From NCBI GenBank assembly GCA_002840435.1, contig PHAT01000005.1:36460-100459 (forward strand): 64,000 nt of DNA, in the 5' to 3' direction. The stretch comes from Deltaproteobacteria bacterium HGW-Deltaproteobacteria-6 (lineage in GTDB: Bacteria > Desulfobacterota > Syntrophia > Syntrophales > Smithellaceae). How positions within the stretch are numbered: the first letter of the stretch is position 1; each line of letters opens with the position of its first letter. Below are positions 19,802 to 28,178 of this stretch, one piece after another. The translations under genes and the position numbers were made by a program. A model generated the notes under the pieces. It saw only the letters and a program-made list of their open reading frames with translations, did not search any database and was not told the DNA's origin.

Positions 19802-20820
19802 TGTGTTTTCAGCATCTGATACGTGGGTTCAAATAAAGACAGCAGTAATTCAACTGTTTCTTTTTCCCAACTGATAATCTGATTGTCCAGTGCAAATGGG
19901 TAGGACAGAGCTCCGATGGGCAGATCGACATACTTGGCCGCAGCATGGTCAAAATTGGTGATGATATAGGGAATTTCACTGAAAGTTGCCAGGGCGGAAA
20001 AGCCGCTGGATGTGCCCATAAAAAGATCCGTCTGATGAAACAGCGTAATTTCATGAGCGAGATTATATCCCATCGCTCTGGGAATCAACACATTTTCAAA
20101 TGTATATAATTCCTTTTCCCATTCCGCATACCCACCGAAAGCAAGGAACAACACATCCGGATATTTTTTACGGACCACTTTAAAGAAACGATACCATTCG
20201 TGCAATGGCGAATCCCGGCGGATAACCCCTGACGCCTGCCCTGCAAAGCCTAAATCGGCATAATTTGCCCGCTGCCTGATGTTTACAGAGACCAGAAAGC
20301 GTCCGCTGCAGTGCTCCTTCAGAAAATCATCCATGCTGTTTTCATAACCCCGCGGTGTTTTTAATCGGGGAATATAATGATTTTCCTGAAAGAATTTATC
20401 GATTTTTTTATGGGAATAGTAATCCAGCTGCTCCATGGTATGGATTAACAGGTTTGGCCACGTGTGAAACCCGCTTAAAACTTTCTTCAACAAATAATAG
20501 TCAAAAGCGTGTCTGTTGGCAAACAGCTTCAACGACATCTCCAGCGGATTGCATAAAAAAGCCGGGAATAAATTGGATATATAGTCCCTGTAGTTTTCCC
20601 GGTTAATGTGTGGTTGAAGACGACCGGAGGGCCTTCGCGGATCAACAACCAGGCTGTGAATCACAGTATCGATGCCTTTATCCAGCGCTCCAATCGCCAC
20701 ATTAACCTGCCAGGTAAACGCATCTCCCAGCGCGTAAGGCGCATAAGAAAAATCGTAAATACCGATGAAGGGATACTTTATTTCTTTCTTTTGAATTTGA
20801 AAAGACATTATTTCTTTCAT
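19798..20820 (-). CDS. Uncharacterised protein, paralog 3 of 3; putative GT-B (GT9-like) glycosyltransferase
   Basis: 340 aa with GIYDFSYAPYALGD, IPRLKTPR and LFMGTSSGFSALATFSEIPYIITNFD blocks. 4-nt overlap with the downstream gene. Confidence 0.55.
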   Translation of the reverse strand: MKEIMSFQIQKKEIKYPFIGIYDFSYAPYALGDAFTWQVNVAIGALDKGIDTVIHSLVVDPRRPSGRLQPHINRENYRDYISNLFPAFLCNPLEMSLKLFANRHAFDYYLLKKVLSGFHTWPNLLIHTMEQLDYYSHKKIDKFFQENHYIPRLKTPRGYENSMDDFLKEHCSGRFLVSVNIRQRANYADLGFAGQASGVIRRDSPLHEWYRFFKVVRKKYPDVLFLAFGGYAEWEKELYTFENVLIPRAMGYNLAHEITLFHQTDLFMGTSSGFSALATFSEIPYIITNFDHAAAKYVDLPIGALSYPFALDNQIISWEKETVELLLSLFEPTYQMLKTQ

Positions 20821-20836
20821 TTCAAACCGGACATGA

Positions 20837-21943
20837 TTAGTCCGGCCTTCCTTTTATTAAGAAATCTCGAACTCGCAGCACCTCTTGATTTTTCATTAAC
20901 TCGGAATATAGTTTTTTCTGCCTCCATTTCCGTTCAAGATACGATTTAATCCTTCTGTAGGCGTAAGACGGGTAATGCTGCTTTGTCAGCACAAGATCCG
21001 CACCCGAAGCAAACACATAATTATTGTCAACTTCTTTCAACAAGTCATTTATTAAGACGGGGGCAATATATTTTCGATACCCCTTCTTAATATTATTCAT
21101 GGCATCTTCCAGACTGATGCCGTCTTGAGCAGATATAATTGAAGCGACCGCATTGTTGAAGTTCACAAAATCATCCGACCATGATTCCAAAAGGACTCTG
21201 TCAAAACGATCCATTAACGAGTCCTCCCTGGTGCAGTTTGTATTAAAATGGTGCTGCCGGAGAAGATACGGGACGGAAAGTGTTTTGATTTTTCCTGATG
21301 CAACAGCCATCAGGCTCGTTAAGAGTTCAGCAATCGTTACATCTTTGGGATATAAATCACGTAACGCATCAAAATAGCATCTAACATCTTCAATGTGATG
21401 GACGTCGTAGTAGGTTGTTGAATACGCTGCGAAGTGCGATATAATACGGTCTGAAGCCTTATCCTCCTCAAGGGAAACCGCTGATTGCACGAGGCAGCGA
21501 TCAATGCTTCCATAAGCTCCGTTTGCATCCGGCGCAATGGTAAACGCATACACTTGTCCTTTGCATGTTTTATAGTCATTGTTTTCCGAAAGAAATTTCA
21601 CCGATTGGCGGAGACCATCAACGATATAAAAATCATCATTATCTGCAAAAACAACAAAGGGTGTTTTTACTCTGGATAAAACATCCACTTTCTTTTCATG
21701 ATAAATTAAATAGGTCGCATCATAAGGGTAACGGATATACTCATAATCCAGATGAGGATAGGTATTCGCGCTGGATAAGACTTCGGTAATTTTCTTGTCT
21801 GATCCACCGTCCGCGATGAGTATCTTAAAGGGAAAGCGGCTTTCGTTGGCGTAAGCCATCCACCGATAGGTAAATGGCACACGGTCTTTGAGCGTGAGAA
21901 TGACCGTTAAATTCTTATCAAATTCGTTTTGCATAGACCTCAT
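20837..21943 (-). CDS. GT-A (GT2-like) glycosyltransferase domain protein, paralog A
   Basis: 368 aa with LTVILTLKDRVPF...ILIADGG and a DxD-like FADNDDF. About 60% identical by eye to the 24332-25465 protein. Confidence 0.6.
   Translation of the reverse strand: MRSMQNEFDKNLTVILTLKDRVPFTYRWMAYANESRFPFKILIADGGSDKKITEVLSSANTYPHLDYEYIRYPYDATYLIYHEKKVDVLSRVKTPFVVFADNDDFYIVDGLRQSVKFLSENNDYKTCKGQVYAFTIAPDANGAYGSIDRCLVQSAVSLEEDKASDRIISHFAAYSTTYYDVHHIEDVRCYFDALRDLYPKDVTIAELLTSLMAVASGKIKTLSVPYLLRQHHFNTNCTREDSLMDRFDRVLLESWSDDFVNFNNAVASIISAQDGISLEDAMNNIKKGYRKYIAPVLINDLLKEVDNNYVFASGADLVLTKQHYPSYAYRRIKSYLERKWRQKKLYSELMKNQEVLRVRDFLIKGRPD
21800..21943. repeat. Near-identical 5' coding segment shared with 25320-25465 (dispersed direct repeat about 3.5 kb apart)
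   Basis: By-eye alignment gives roughly 85% nt identity, including an identical 24-mer ggcacacggtctttgagcgtgaga at 21876-21899 and 25398-25421. Confidence 0.8.
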
Positions 21944-22036
21944 TAATTTCCCCGGATTATTAAATACTTACCAAAGAGATGGCAACCAGTCAACTGAATG
22001 ATGTTCATTCTATCCATAATGGGTAACCGTATCTTC

Positions 22037-24277
22037 TCAAATCAGCAACTTTCTATTCAGATAATTATGGGGCTTCCATAAACTGATATTCAAGCGTGGA
22101 TGTTTATGTCTTTCCAGAATGATCTTCTGCTGGCGAAGAATGAATTTATTGATGAATAATCGCATCAACAGGACATTGGAAAGCCTGCTGTTCGAGATAT
22201 TAATCATAACATCCCAATCATTGGAGAATATCGCGCTCACCGGAAGAATATCAACCCCCGACGGATTCTTTTTTCCGATCTGTTTATCATCAACAGCCCC
22301 GGCAATGATACATCCATCTATGGTTCTTAATTTTTCCATAATGTAATGAAGACAGCGACCCGCACCCATCAACAGAATCTTTTTATTTTGCAGTAATTTT
22401 TCAGGAAACACATCCGGCATTAACGGCAACAATCTTTCTTTATTGACCAGATTTTCAGTCGCCATCAAATCGCAGGCATCCTGGAAATACATATCTGTTA
22501 TCAGAACAAGGTCTGGTTTCAGCTCCTTGATTTCGCCCAGCCTATATTGAGGATAGAAAAAGAATTTTTTCGATTCTGGCGTGCCGCCTGAACCAACAAA
22601 GCCGATGATTTTATTCATATCAAACCCCGGAAGGCCGAACGCCAGGATGCTTTTGGCGTTCATGCCCGTACCCAGAATCAGGACCTTCTCCACCCCCTGC
22701 AATGCCTCACTCAACCTGTCAACTGATTCCGGTGATCCAATCCTGGAAAATGAAACATTGAAACAGTGTGGACAAACCAATCTTATGACAAGGCCGTCCC
22801 ATCTCCAGTTCCCGAATTCCTTGCCGATTTCGCTGCTTTTTTTACAGATGGGACACCGGGCAGAATACTGATAACCCCCTTCGGCAACCTCCAGTTGGAG
22901 ATCACATTTGAATCTGCCGGAAAGGAATCCCAGATAGCGCCGGACTTCTTTCATAATCCCGTTGTGAAGGTCTTCCGTACCGGGAAAATCACTGACATTT
23001 AAATAATTTTTTTCGGCAATGCGTTCATCGTCCAATCCAATGTATTGCAGCTTTGTTAAATACTCATACTCGTCTTCGATAATTTTTTTTTCTCTGGCAT
23101 GTCTGTAAATCAATGTGCCGGGGTAGGCAATTGTCAGATTAATATTGGAAAACATCTCTTCCTCGATCAGCAGATTGAATGTTTCCCGCAAATCTTCCCC
23201 ACCTTCTCCCTCGCTCCCAACCATCACATTGCATTCCTGCGGCATTTTAGTTGCTTTGAGTTCATGAAGGAATGTCTGAATAGTTTTTCTGTTAACGCCC
23301 TTATTCATCCGTTTGAGGATTTTATCGGAGCCGCTTTCCGCGCCGATGGACACACCGATGCAACCTGATTCTTTCATCACCTTGAGGATAGCCGGATCCA
23401 CATCCAGTCTGAGACTGCAAAACCATTCCTTCGGCGGTCCTTCCGCTGAATACCGCCGACAGAATTCGACAATTTCCTCATGGTGGGCAAACAGCACTTC
23501 CGTCATGACGCCGAAAACCGAAAAATCATATGTTTCACTCATCCTCCACATCTCCTTGAGGATGTTATTGATTTTTCGCGATCTGAATTGTCCCATTGTG
23601 GGCCGGCAAAAAGAACAATGCCCCGTACACCCGCGTCCGGTCATAACAGGAAAAAACGTCCGTCCGGGAAAGCTGTGATGGCAGCTGTGCAGATATTTCT
23701 CCATGTCCAAATGATGCCAGGCAGGTTCCCGATCATCTGAATCCAGATTCAGCCTTAAAGATGCTTTCCTGTGGATTGTTCCGGATTTTCTATCCCGAAA
23801 CATGACGCCCGGAAGGTCATCGAAAAATTTTTCGCTTCGTTCCAGACGGCGTAATAAACCGGCAAAGGCTGTCTCCGCTTCTCCCAGCACGGCATAGTCT
23901 ATCCCGAAACGGTCGAATAGAATATCCGGATTAACGCACTGGGTAATGTTACCGCCCAGAATAAACGGCATGCTTTCTCCGTATTTTTTTATACGCCCGG
24001 CTAACTCAAGAAAGAAAGGTGCGTCACCCACAAGACCGCCTGTTGCCACGGCCAGATAGTCGTTCTGAGCGAAAAGTTTTTTATAATTTACCTTTTGAAA
24101 AAAAGAATCTATAAAATCAAAAGGAATACCATTTCTATCCATATCCGCCATGACATAAGCCAGACCGATCGGGAAAAACCCGTAATTGGGTTTTATCAGC
24201 AGGATTTTGCGGGAAAACGGATTTTGTTTTTCAACCATCTCCGATTTATACTTTTCTTTCTGATGAATATCTATCAA
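22037..24277 (-). CDS. B12-binding domain / radical SAM protein with a C-terminal Zn-ribbon and Rossmann-like extension
   Basis: 746 aa: an N-terminal cobalamin-domain-like ILLIKPNYGFFPIGLAYV, a CxxxCxxC cluster (GCTGHCSFC), then CPICKK...CPHC and two G-rich modules (KVLILGTGMNAKS, KKILLMGAGRCLHY). Confidence 0.75.
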   Translation of the reverse strand: MIDIHQKEKYKSEMVEKQNPFSRKILLIKPNYGFFPIGLAYVMADMDRNGIPFDFIDSFFQKVNYKKLFAQNDYLAVATGGLVGDAPFFLELAGRIKKYGESMPFILGGNITQCVNPDILFDRFGIDYAVLGEAETAFAGLLRRLERSEKFFDDLPGVMFRDRKSGTIHRKASLRLNLDSDDREPAWHHLDMEKYLHSCHHSFPGRTFFPVMTGRGCTGHCSFCRPTMGQFRSRKINNILKEMWRMSETYDFSVFGVMTEVLFAHHEEIVEFCRRYSAEGPPKEWFCSLRLDVDPAILKVMKESGCIGVSIGAESGSDKILKRMNKGVNRKTIQTFLHELKATKMPQECNVMVGSEGEGGEDLRETFNLLIEEEMFSNINLTIAYPGTLIYRHAREKKIIEDEYEYLTKLQYIGLDDERIAEKNYLNVSDFPGTEDLHNGIMKEVRRYLGFLSGRFKCDLQLEVAEGGYQYSARCPICKKSSEIGKEFGNWRWDGLVIRLVCPHCFNVSFSRIGSPESVDRLSEALQGVEKVLILGTGMNAKSILAFGLPGFDMNKIIGFVGSGGTPESKKFFFYPQYRLGEIKELKPDLVLITDMYFQDACDLMATENLVNKERLLPLMPDVFPEKLLQNKKILLMGAGRCLHYIMEKLRTIDGCIIAGAVDDKQIGKKNPSGVDILPVSAIFSNDWDVMINISNSRLSNVLLMRLFINKFILRQQKIILERHKHPRLNISLWKPHNYLNRKLLI

Positions 24278-24331
24278 CGGAAATTGATCCGGGTTAAATG
24301 CGCAAGTAAGAATAATTCACGCTTTTTATCA

Positions 24332-25465
24332 TCATGTGTTTTTAAAACCGCTCAATAGAAATTCCCTGATACGGGATACTTCTTGATCATGATTCAAATC
24401 CGGACAGAAATCATTTTGATTTAAAACCTGCCTGGCATCCGGATTTATTTTCGTGCCTTTTCCCGCACCCGTTAATTTAGCTTTAAGTGCTTCATAACTT
24501 TTGAATAGATATAATTTTATAGATGTATTGGAAGGCGGCGGCTGTTGTATGGTGTTTTTCAAGATGCTATTTAAAATAACCGGATCAATAAATCTGCGAT
24601 AGCCTTTTTTTATATGTTGAATCGCACTTTCAACACTTATATTGTCCCTGATCCCGCAGATTGCGGCAACTGCCTTTACAAATGCTGTAAAATCATCCGA
24701 CCAGGATTCTAAAAGCATTCTGTCAAAACGATCAACCAATATGTCCTCTTTAGCGCAATTTGTATTCATGTGATACTGCCTGAGAAGATACGGATGAGCT
24801 ATTTTCTTTACTTTTCCTGATGCAACCGTCATAAAGCTTGTTAATAGTTCGGCGATGGTCACATCTTTTATATCAAAGTCATGTAACGCTTTAAAATTTT
24901 CTCTGATGTCTTCAATCCGATGGACATCATAATATGTAGTTGAGTACTTTTCAAAGTGTCTGGAAATGCGTTCTAACGCCCTCTCTTCTTCAAGCGATGC
25001 AGCCTCGTATAATGAAAACTGGATTGCATTTCCGTAAAGAGCATTTAAGTCAGGACTCAAAATAAAACTATACGTCTCTCCTCTGCAGGTACAATAATCA
25101 CGGTTTGCCGTCAAAAACTTCATAGCTTCACGAAGACCGTCATAAATGAGAAAATCGTCATTATCCGTAAATACGGCGAACTGCGTTTTAACTTTTGTCA
25201 AAACATCAGCTTTTTTTGCATGATATATGGAATATGTTTCGTCATAAGGATATCGAATATAATCATAATCGAGGTTGGGGTAGTTGCTTCTATTTGATAA
25301 TATTTCAGTTATCTGCTTATCCAGGCCGCCGTCCGCTATGAGAATTTTAAAAGGAAAGCGGCTTTCATTGGCGTAGGCCATCCATCTATATGTAAACGGC
25401 ACACGGTCTTTGAGCGTGAGAACGACTGTCAGATTCTTATCCAATTCTTTTTGTGTTGAGCTCAT
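24332..25465 (-). CDS. GT-A (GT2-like) glycosyltransferase domain protein, paralog B
   Basis: 377 aa with LTVVLTLKDRVPFTYRWMAYANESRFPFKILIADGG and FTDNDDF. The C-terminal ~70 aa are unrelated to paralog A. Confidence 0.6.
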   Translation of the reverse strand: MSSTQKELDKNLTVVLTLKDRVPFTYRWMAYANESRFPFKILIADGGLDKQITEILSNRSNYPNLDYDYIRYPYDETYSIYHAKKADVLTKVKTQFAVFTDNDDFLIYDGLREAMKFLTANRDYCTCRGETYSFILSPDLNALYGNAIQFSLYEAASLEEERALERISRHFEKYSTTYYDVHRIEDIRENFKALHDFDIKDVTIAELLTSFMTVASGKVKKIAHPYLLRQYHMNTNCAKEDILVDRFDRMLLESWSDDFTAFVKAVAAICGIRDNISVESAIQHIKKGYRRFIDPVILNSILKNTIQQPPPSNTSIKLYLFKSYEALKAKLTGAGKGTKINPDARQVLNQNDFCPDLNHDQEVSRIREFLLSGFKNT

Positions 25466-25534
25466 CTATCTTTTTTCAGGATTGATGGGGGGGCTGGCTG
25501 ATCTAAGCGGAGCAGTCGAATCATTTTCCGCCGT

Positions 25535-26452
25535 TCAACCCGGTAAAGGATAGCCGTACTTTTTCAGATCAAGTCCATACTCATGCATCAATTTCGCGTT
25601 GTCTTCCTGATAGAGTTCAATAACCCGCTTCCTCCAGGCATCCGACATAAAACCTTCGGCTGGCGGGCCTGACTGAACATAATTTCTGGCCATATCCTTC
25701 AGGGCGGCGCCGGGAATGTATTGTATGATATCACGGCCTCCAAAATGGTCACAGAATCGATGATACTGCCATTGACGCATGGTGTTCCTCGTCCTTTCAC
25801 GCCGCGATGAAACAAGCCCAATGGCCTCATCGGCATCTATGCGCAAAATCGCGCAAAGATCCTTGATGAAGCCGGGCGGGTTAGAAATAAAATCTTCATA
25901 GAACAAGATTTTAACTTTCTTTCTGTCAAAGTATTGTGTAAAGCCACAAAGGATTCTATGATAAAAATAACTGCCGATGAGACTGTATTTGATAAAATTT
26001 GTGGAATGATCCATCCATTCATCAAACGAAACAAATCGTTTCCAGTACCGGCGCGGAACATTCCTCAGGTAGGCGCCATGGTTGGCATACATCGACGGAA
26101 CAGCCGTCAGCTGATTTCTTACAACCAGTAATATTTCAGCGTCCGGAAGATAGCCGGAAAGACGTTTTGCGCACAATGCAGGAATATGGCTGGTCATGAT
26201 ATCTTCGCTGGAAAACAGCAGCGTCTTATCCCCGGCCGTTTCTTTCTTGCGCTTGAAAAGATCTTCAGCTTCGCGGGCTTTGAAATAGATATCATCATCC
26301 GAAATAAGAGAAAGGATGGTATCCTGATGTTCCGCATAATCATCACCATCCTCACCGATATAGACGAGATCTTTACTTTTTGAAAACAAGCAACGCTGAA
26401 GCGTTGTTGAACCGGTTTTATTGGCGCCGATATGAATGACGTTTTTTGACAT
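25535..26452 (-). CDS. PAPS-dependent sulfotransferase
   Basis: 305 aa with a 5'-PSB loop IHIGANKTGSTTL and a 3'-PB-like LLVVRNQLTAVPSMY. cysD/cysNC lie in the same transcription unit. Confidence 0.7.
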   Translation of the reverse strand: MSKNVIHIGANKTGSTTLQRCLFSKSKDLVYIGEDGDDYAEHQDTILSLISDDDIYFKAREAEDLFKRKKETAGDKTLLFSSEDIMTSHIPALCAKRLSGYLPDAEILLVVRNQLTAVPSMYANHGAYLRNVPRRYWKRFVSFDEWMDHSTNFIKYSLIGSYFYHRILCGFTQYFDRKKVKILFYEDFISNPPGFIKDLCAILRIDADEAIGLVSSRRERTRNTMRQWQYHRFCDHFGGRDIIQYIPGAALKDMARNYVQSGPPAEGFMSDAWRKRVIELYQEDNAKLMHEYGLDLKKYGYPLPG

Positions 26453-26453
26453 G

Positions 26454-27242
26454 TTAATCCCTGAGCGTTGGCGATCCGAAGATCAAGTTACATTTCCGTT
26501 CCAAGCGATATTCCGATGGAAAATTTTGCATGGGCAGAAGTTGAATCTTTCCGAGGAAGGAAAATTCCAGGAGTGATTTGTAGATAAGGTGATAACCCCG
26601 TGATTGTACATATTCCGTCACTTCACTGATATTCCAGAACCAGACGGGAATCTTCTCTCCGTAATAATTCTGAAAGGATACAAACGTTTTAATATCTCCG
26701 GCATTCAGCGCATTGAGCATCAGGACATCAGGTTGATAATTCAGGAGTTGCTTCAAGAGCCCACGCCAGTCACGGATATAATGAAGTGCTGCTGCTATAT
26801 GAACAATGTGAAACCTGCTTTCGCCAACAGGTAAAGAATCATGATAGTAAATATTATTGAAGTTCGCATATATTTCTCGACCCTTTTCACAAATTCTTTT
26901 CCCTTCCACAATGTGATACTCTATTTTTTGCGGGTCGGGCAACGAATGAATACAGGCCATAAAACTGTTTCCACTGCCGCCGCCAAAATCAAGAATACGC
27001 AGGGGTGAATCGGTTTTGTAAGTCGCGAGTAATGCCGCAATCGGAGGCAGGGGATACTCATGAACCAGGCTCAATTCAGAAGGCGCGGTTTTATTGGCGC
27101 CACCAATAGCGCCGGGTGACGATAAAGCTTTAAACACTGACGTGACCCAACGCTCGGAATCCCAAACGTGATCAGATTCCGATTCCGGAAACGCATCGAC
27201 TATTCCATCCCAGACGCAGGGACTTTCCTGATCAGTGCTCAT
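26454..27242 (-). CDS. Class I SAM-dependent methyltransferase
   Basis: Motif I ILDFGGGSGNSF. ATG at 27242 (MSTDQES) overlaps the upstream stop by 11 nt. The track start at 27314 is too long. Confidence 0.6.
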   Translation of the reverse strand: MSTDQESPCVWDGIVDAFPESESDHVWDSERWVTSVFKALSSPGAIGGANKTAPSELSLVHEYPLPPIAALLATYKTDSPLRILDFGGGSGNSFMACIHSLPDPQKIEYHIVEGKRICEKGREIYANFNNIYYHDSLPVGESRFHIVHIAAALHYIRDWRGLLKQLLNYQPDVLMLNALNAGDIKTFVSFQNYYGEKIPVWFWNISEVTEYVQSRGYHLIYKSLLEFSFLGKIQLLPMQNFPSEYRLERKCNLIFGSPTLRD

Positions 27243-28173
27243 GATTGCAATTTCCAAGCAATGCAATTGTTTCTTCGATATCTTTCGCAATGGATCCGGA
27301 ATAGCGAAAACCATGATTCATGAAGCGCTGACTGGAAACCTCATAAGAAAGCTGATTCATGATTTCATTATCAACGTACTTAATCGATACATGTGGAATA
27401 TGCGCGGCAATATTCTGAACAATGTCGTTGACCGTTAGATTATCGGTTAAAACATTATAGATCTGATTATCATACAATCCGCTTTGAATGATAAACTGAT
27501 ACGCCTTCATGGCGTCCTGCAGGGACAGATACGGACGTTTCTGATGCAAGGCGGTTGTCCAGACCGTCAGGGGCTGTCTCATAACGGCCTGCCAGCAGAA
27601 TTTGTTGACAGCCGTGTGAAATCTCATGCCCGGAGAAATTCCGCATATCGTGCCGAAACGACAGACAATAAATTTCAAGCCTTTGGACCGGCCCAGTTCG
27701 AAGAGATAGTCTTCCTCTTTAAGTTTTGTTTCGGCATAAGGACTCTGGGGCTTTAAATCTTCGAGCGTACAGCATTCGTCGACCAGGTTTTTCTGCGTCC
27801 CGTAAACACTGGTGGAGGACATATGAATCATCGGGCAGCCGAGACCGGCGCAGGCTTCAGCAACCCTGGCTGTCGCGTTAAAGTTATTCGTTTCGACCTG
27901 CTCTTTATTGTTGAAACTTCCGGCGGCATCGGTAATAGCCGCCAGATGGATAACCACATCCGCCCCATCGATCACGGAAAACAGATCGGCATTTAACACA
28001 TTCATTTCCAAAAACCGGTAACGGCTTTCCGCGGGAAGGTTGAATAATGAGGCATAGCGATTGGTCAGCATATTATCGATCATCACAACTTCCAGCCCCC
28101 GAAAAGCGGCGGGCAGCTCCCTGATCAATCGGGATCCGATATGTCCTAATGCTCCGGTTACAATGATTTTCAT
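27232..28173 (-). CDS. NAD-dependent sugar epimerase/reductase (SDR)
   Basis: 313 aa with MKIIVTGALGHIGSRLI and YAETK motifs. Confidence 0.7.
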   Translation of the reverse strand: MKIIVTGALGHIGSRLIRELPAAFRGLEVVMIDNMLTNRYASLFNLPAESRYRFLEMNVLNADLFSVIDGADVVIHLAAITDAAGSFNNKEQVETNNFNATARVAEACAGLGCPMIHMSSTSVYGTQKNLVDECCTLEDLKPQSPYAETKLKEEDYLFELGRSKGLKFIVCRFGTICGISPGMRFHTAVNKFCWQAVMRQPLTVWTTALHQKRPYLSLQDAMKAYQFIIQSGLYDNQIYNVLTDNLTVNDIVQNIAAHIPHVSIKYVDNEIMNQLSYEVSSQRFMNHGFRYSGSIAKDIEETIALLGNCNHEH

Positions 28174-28178
28174 TTTAT

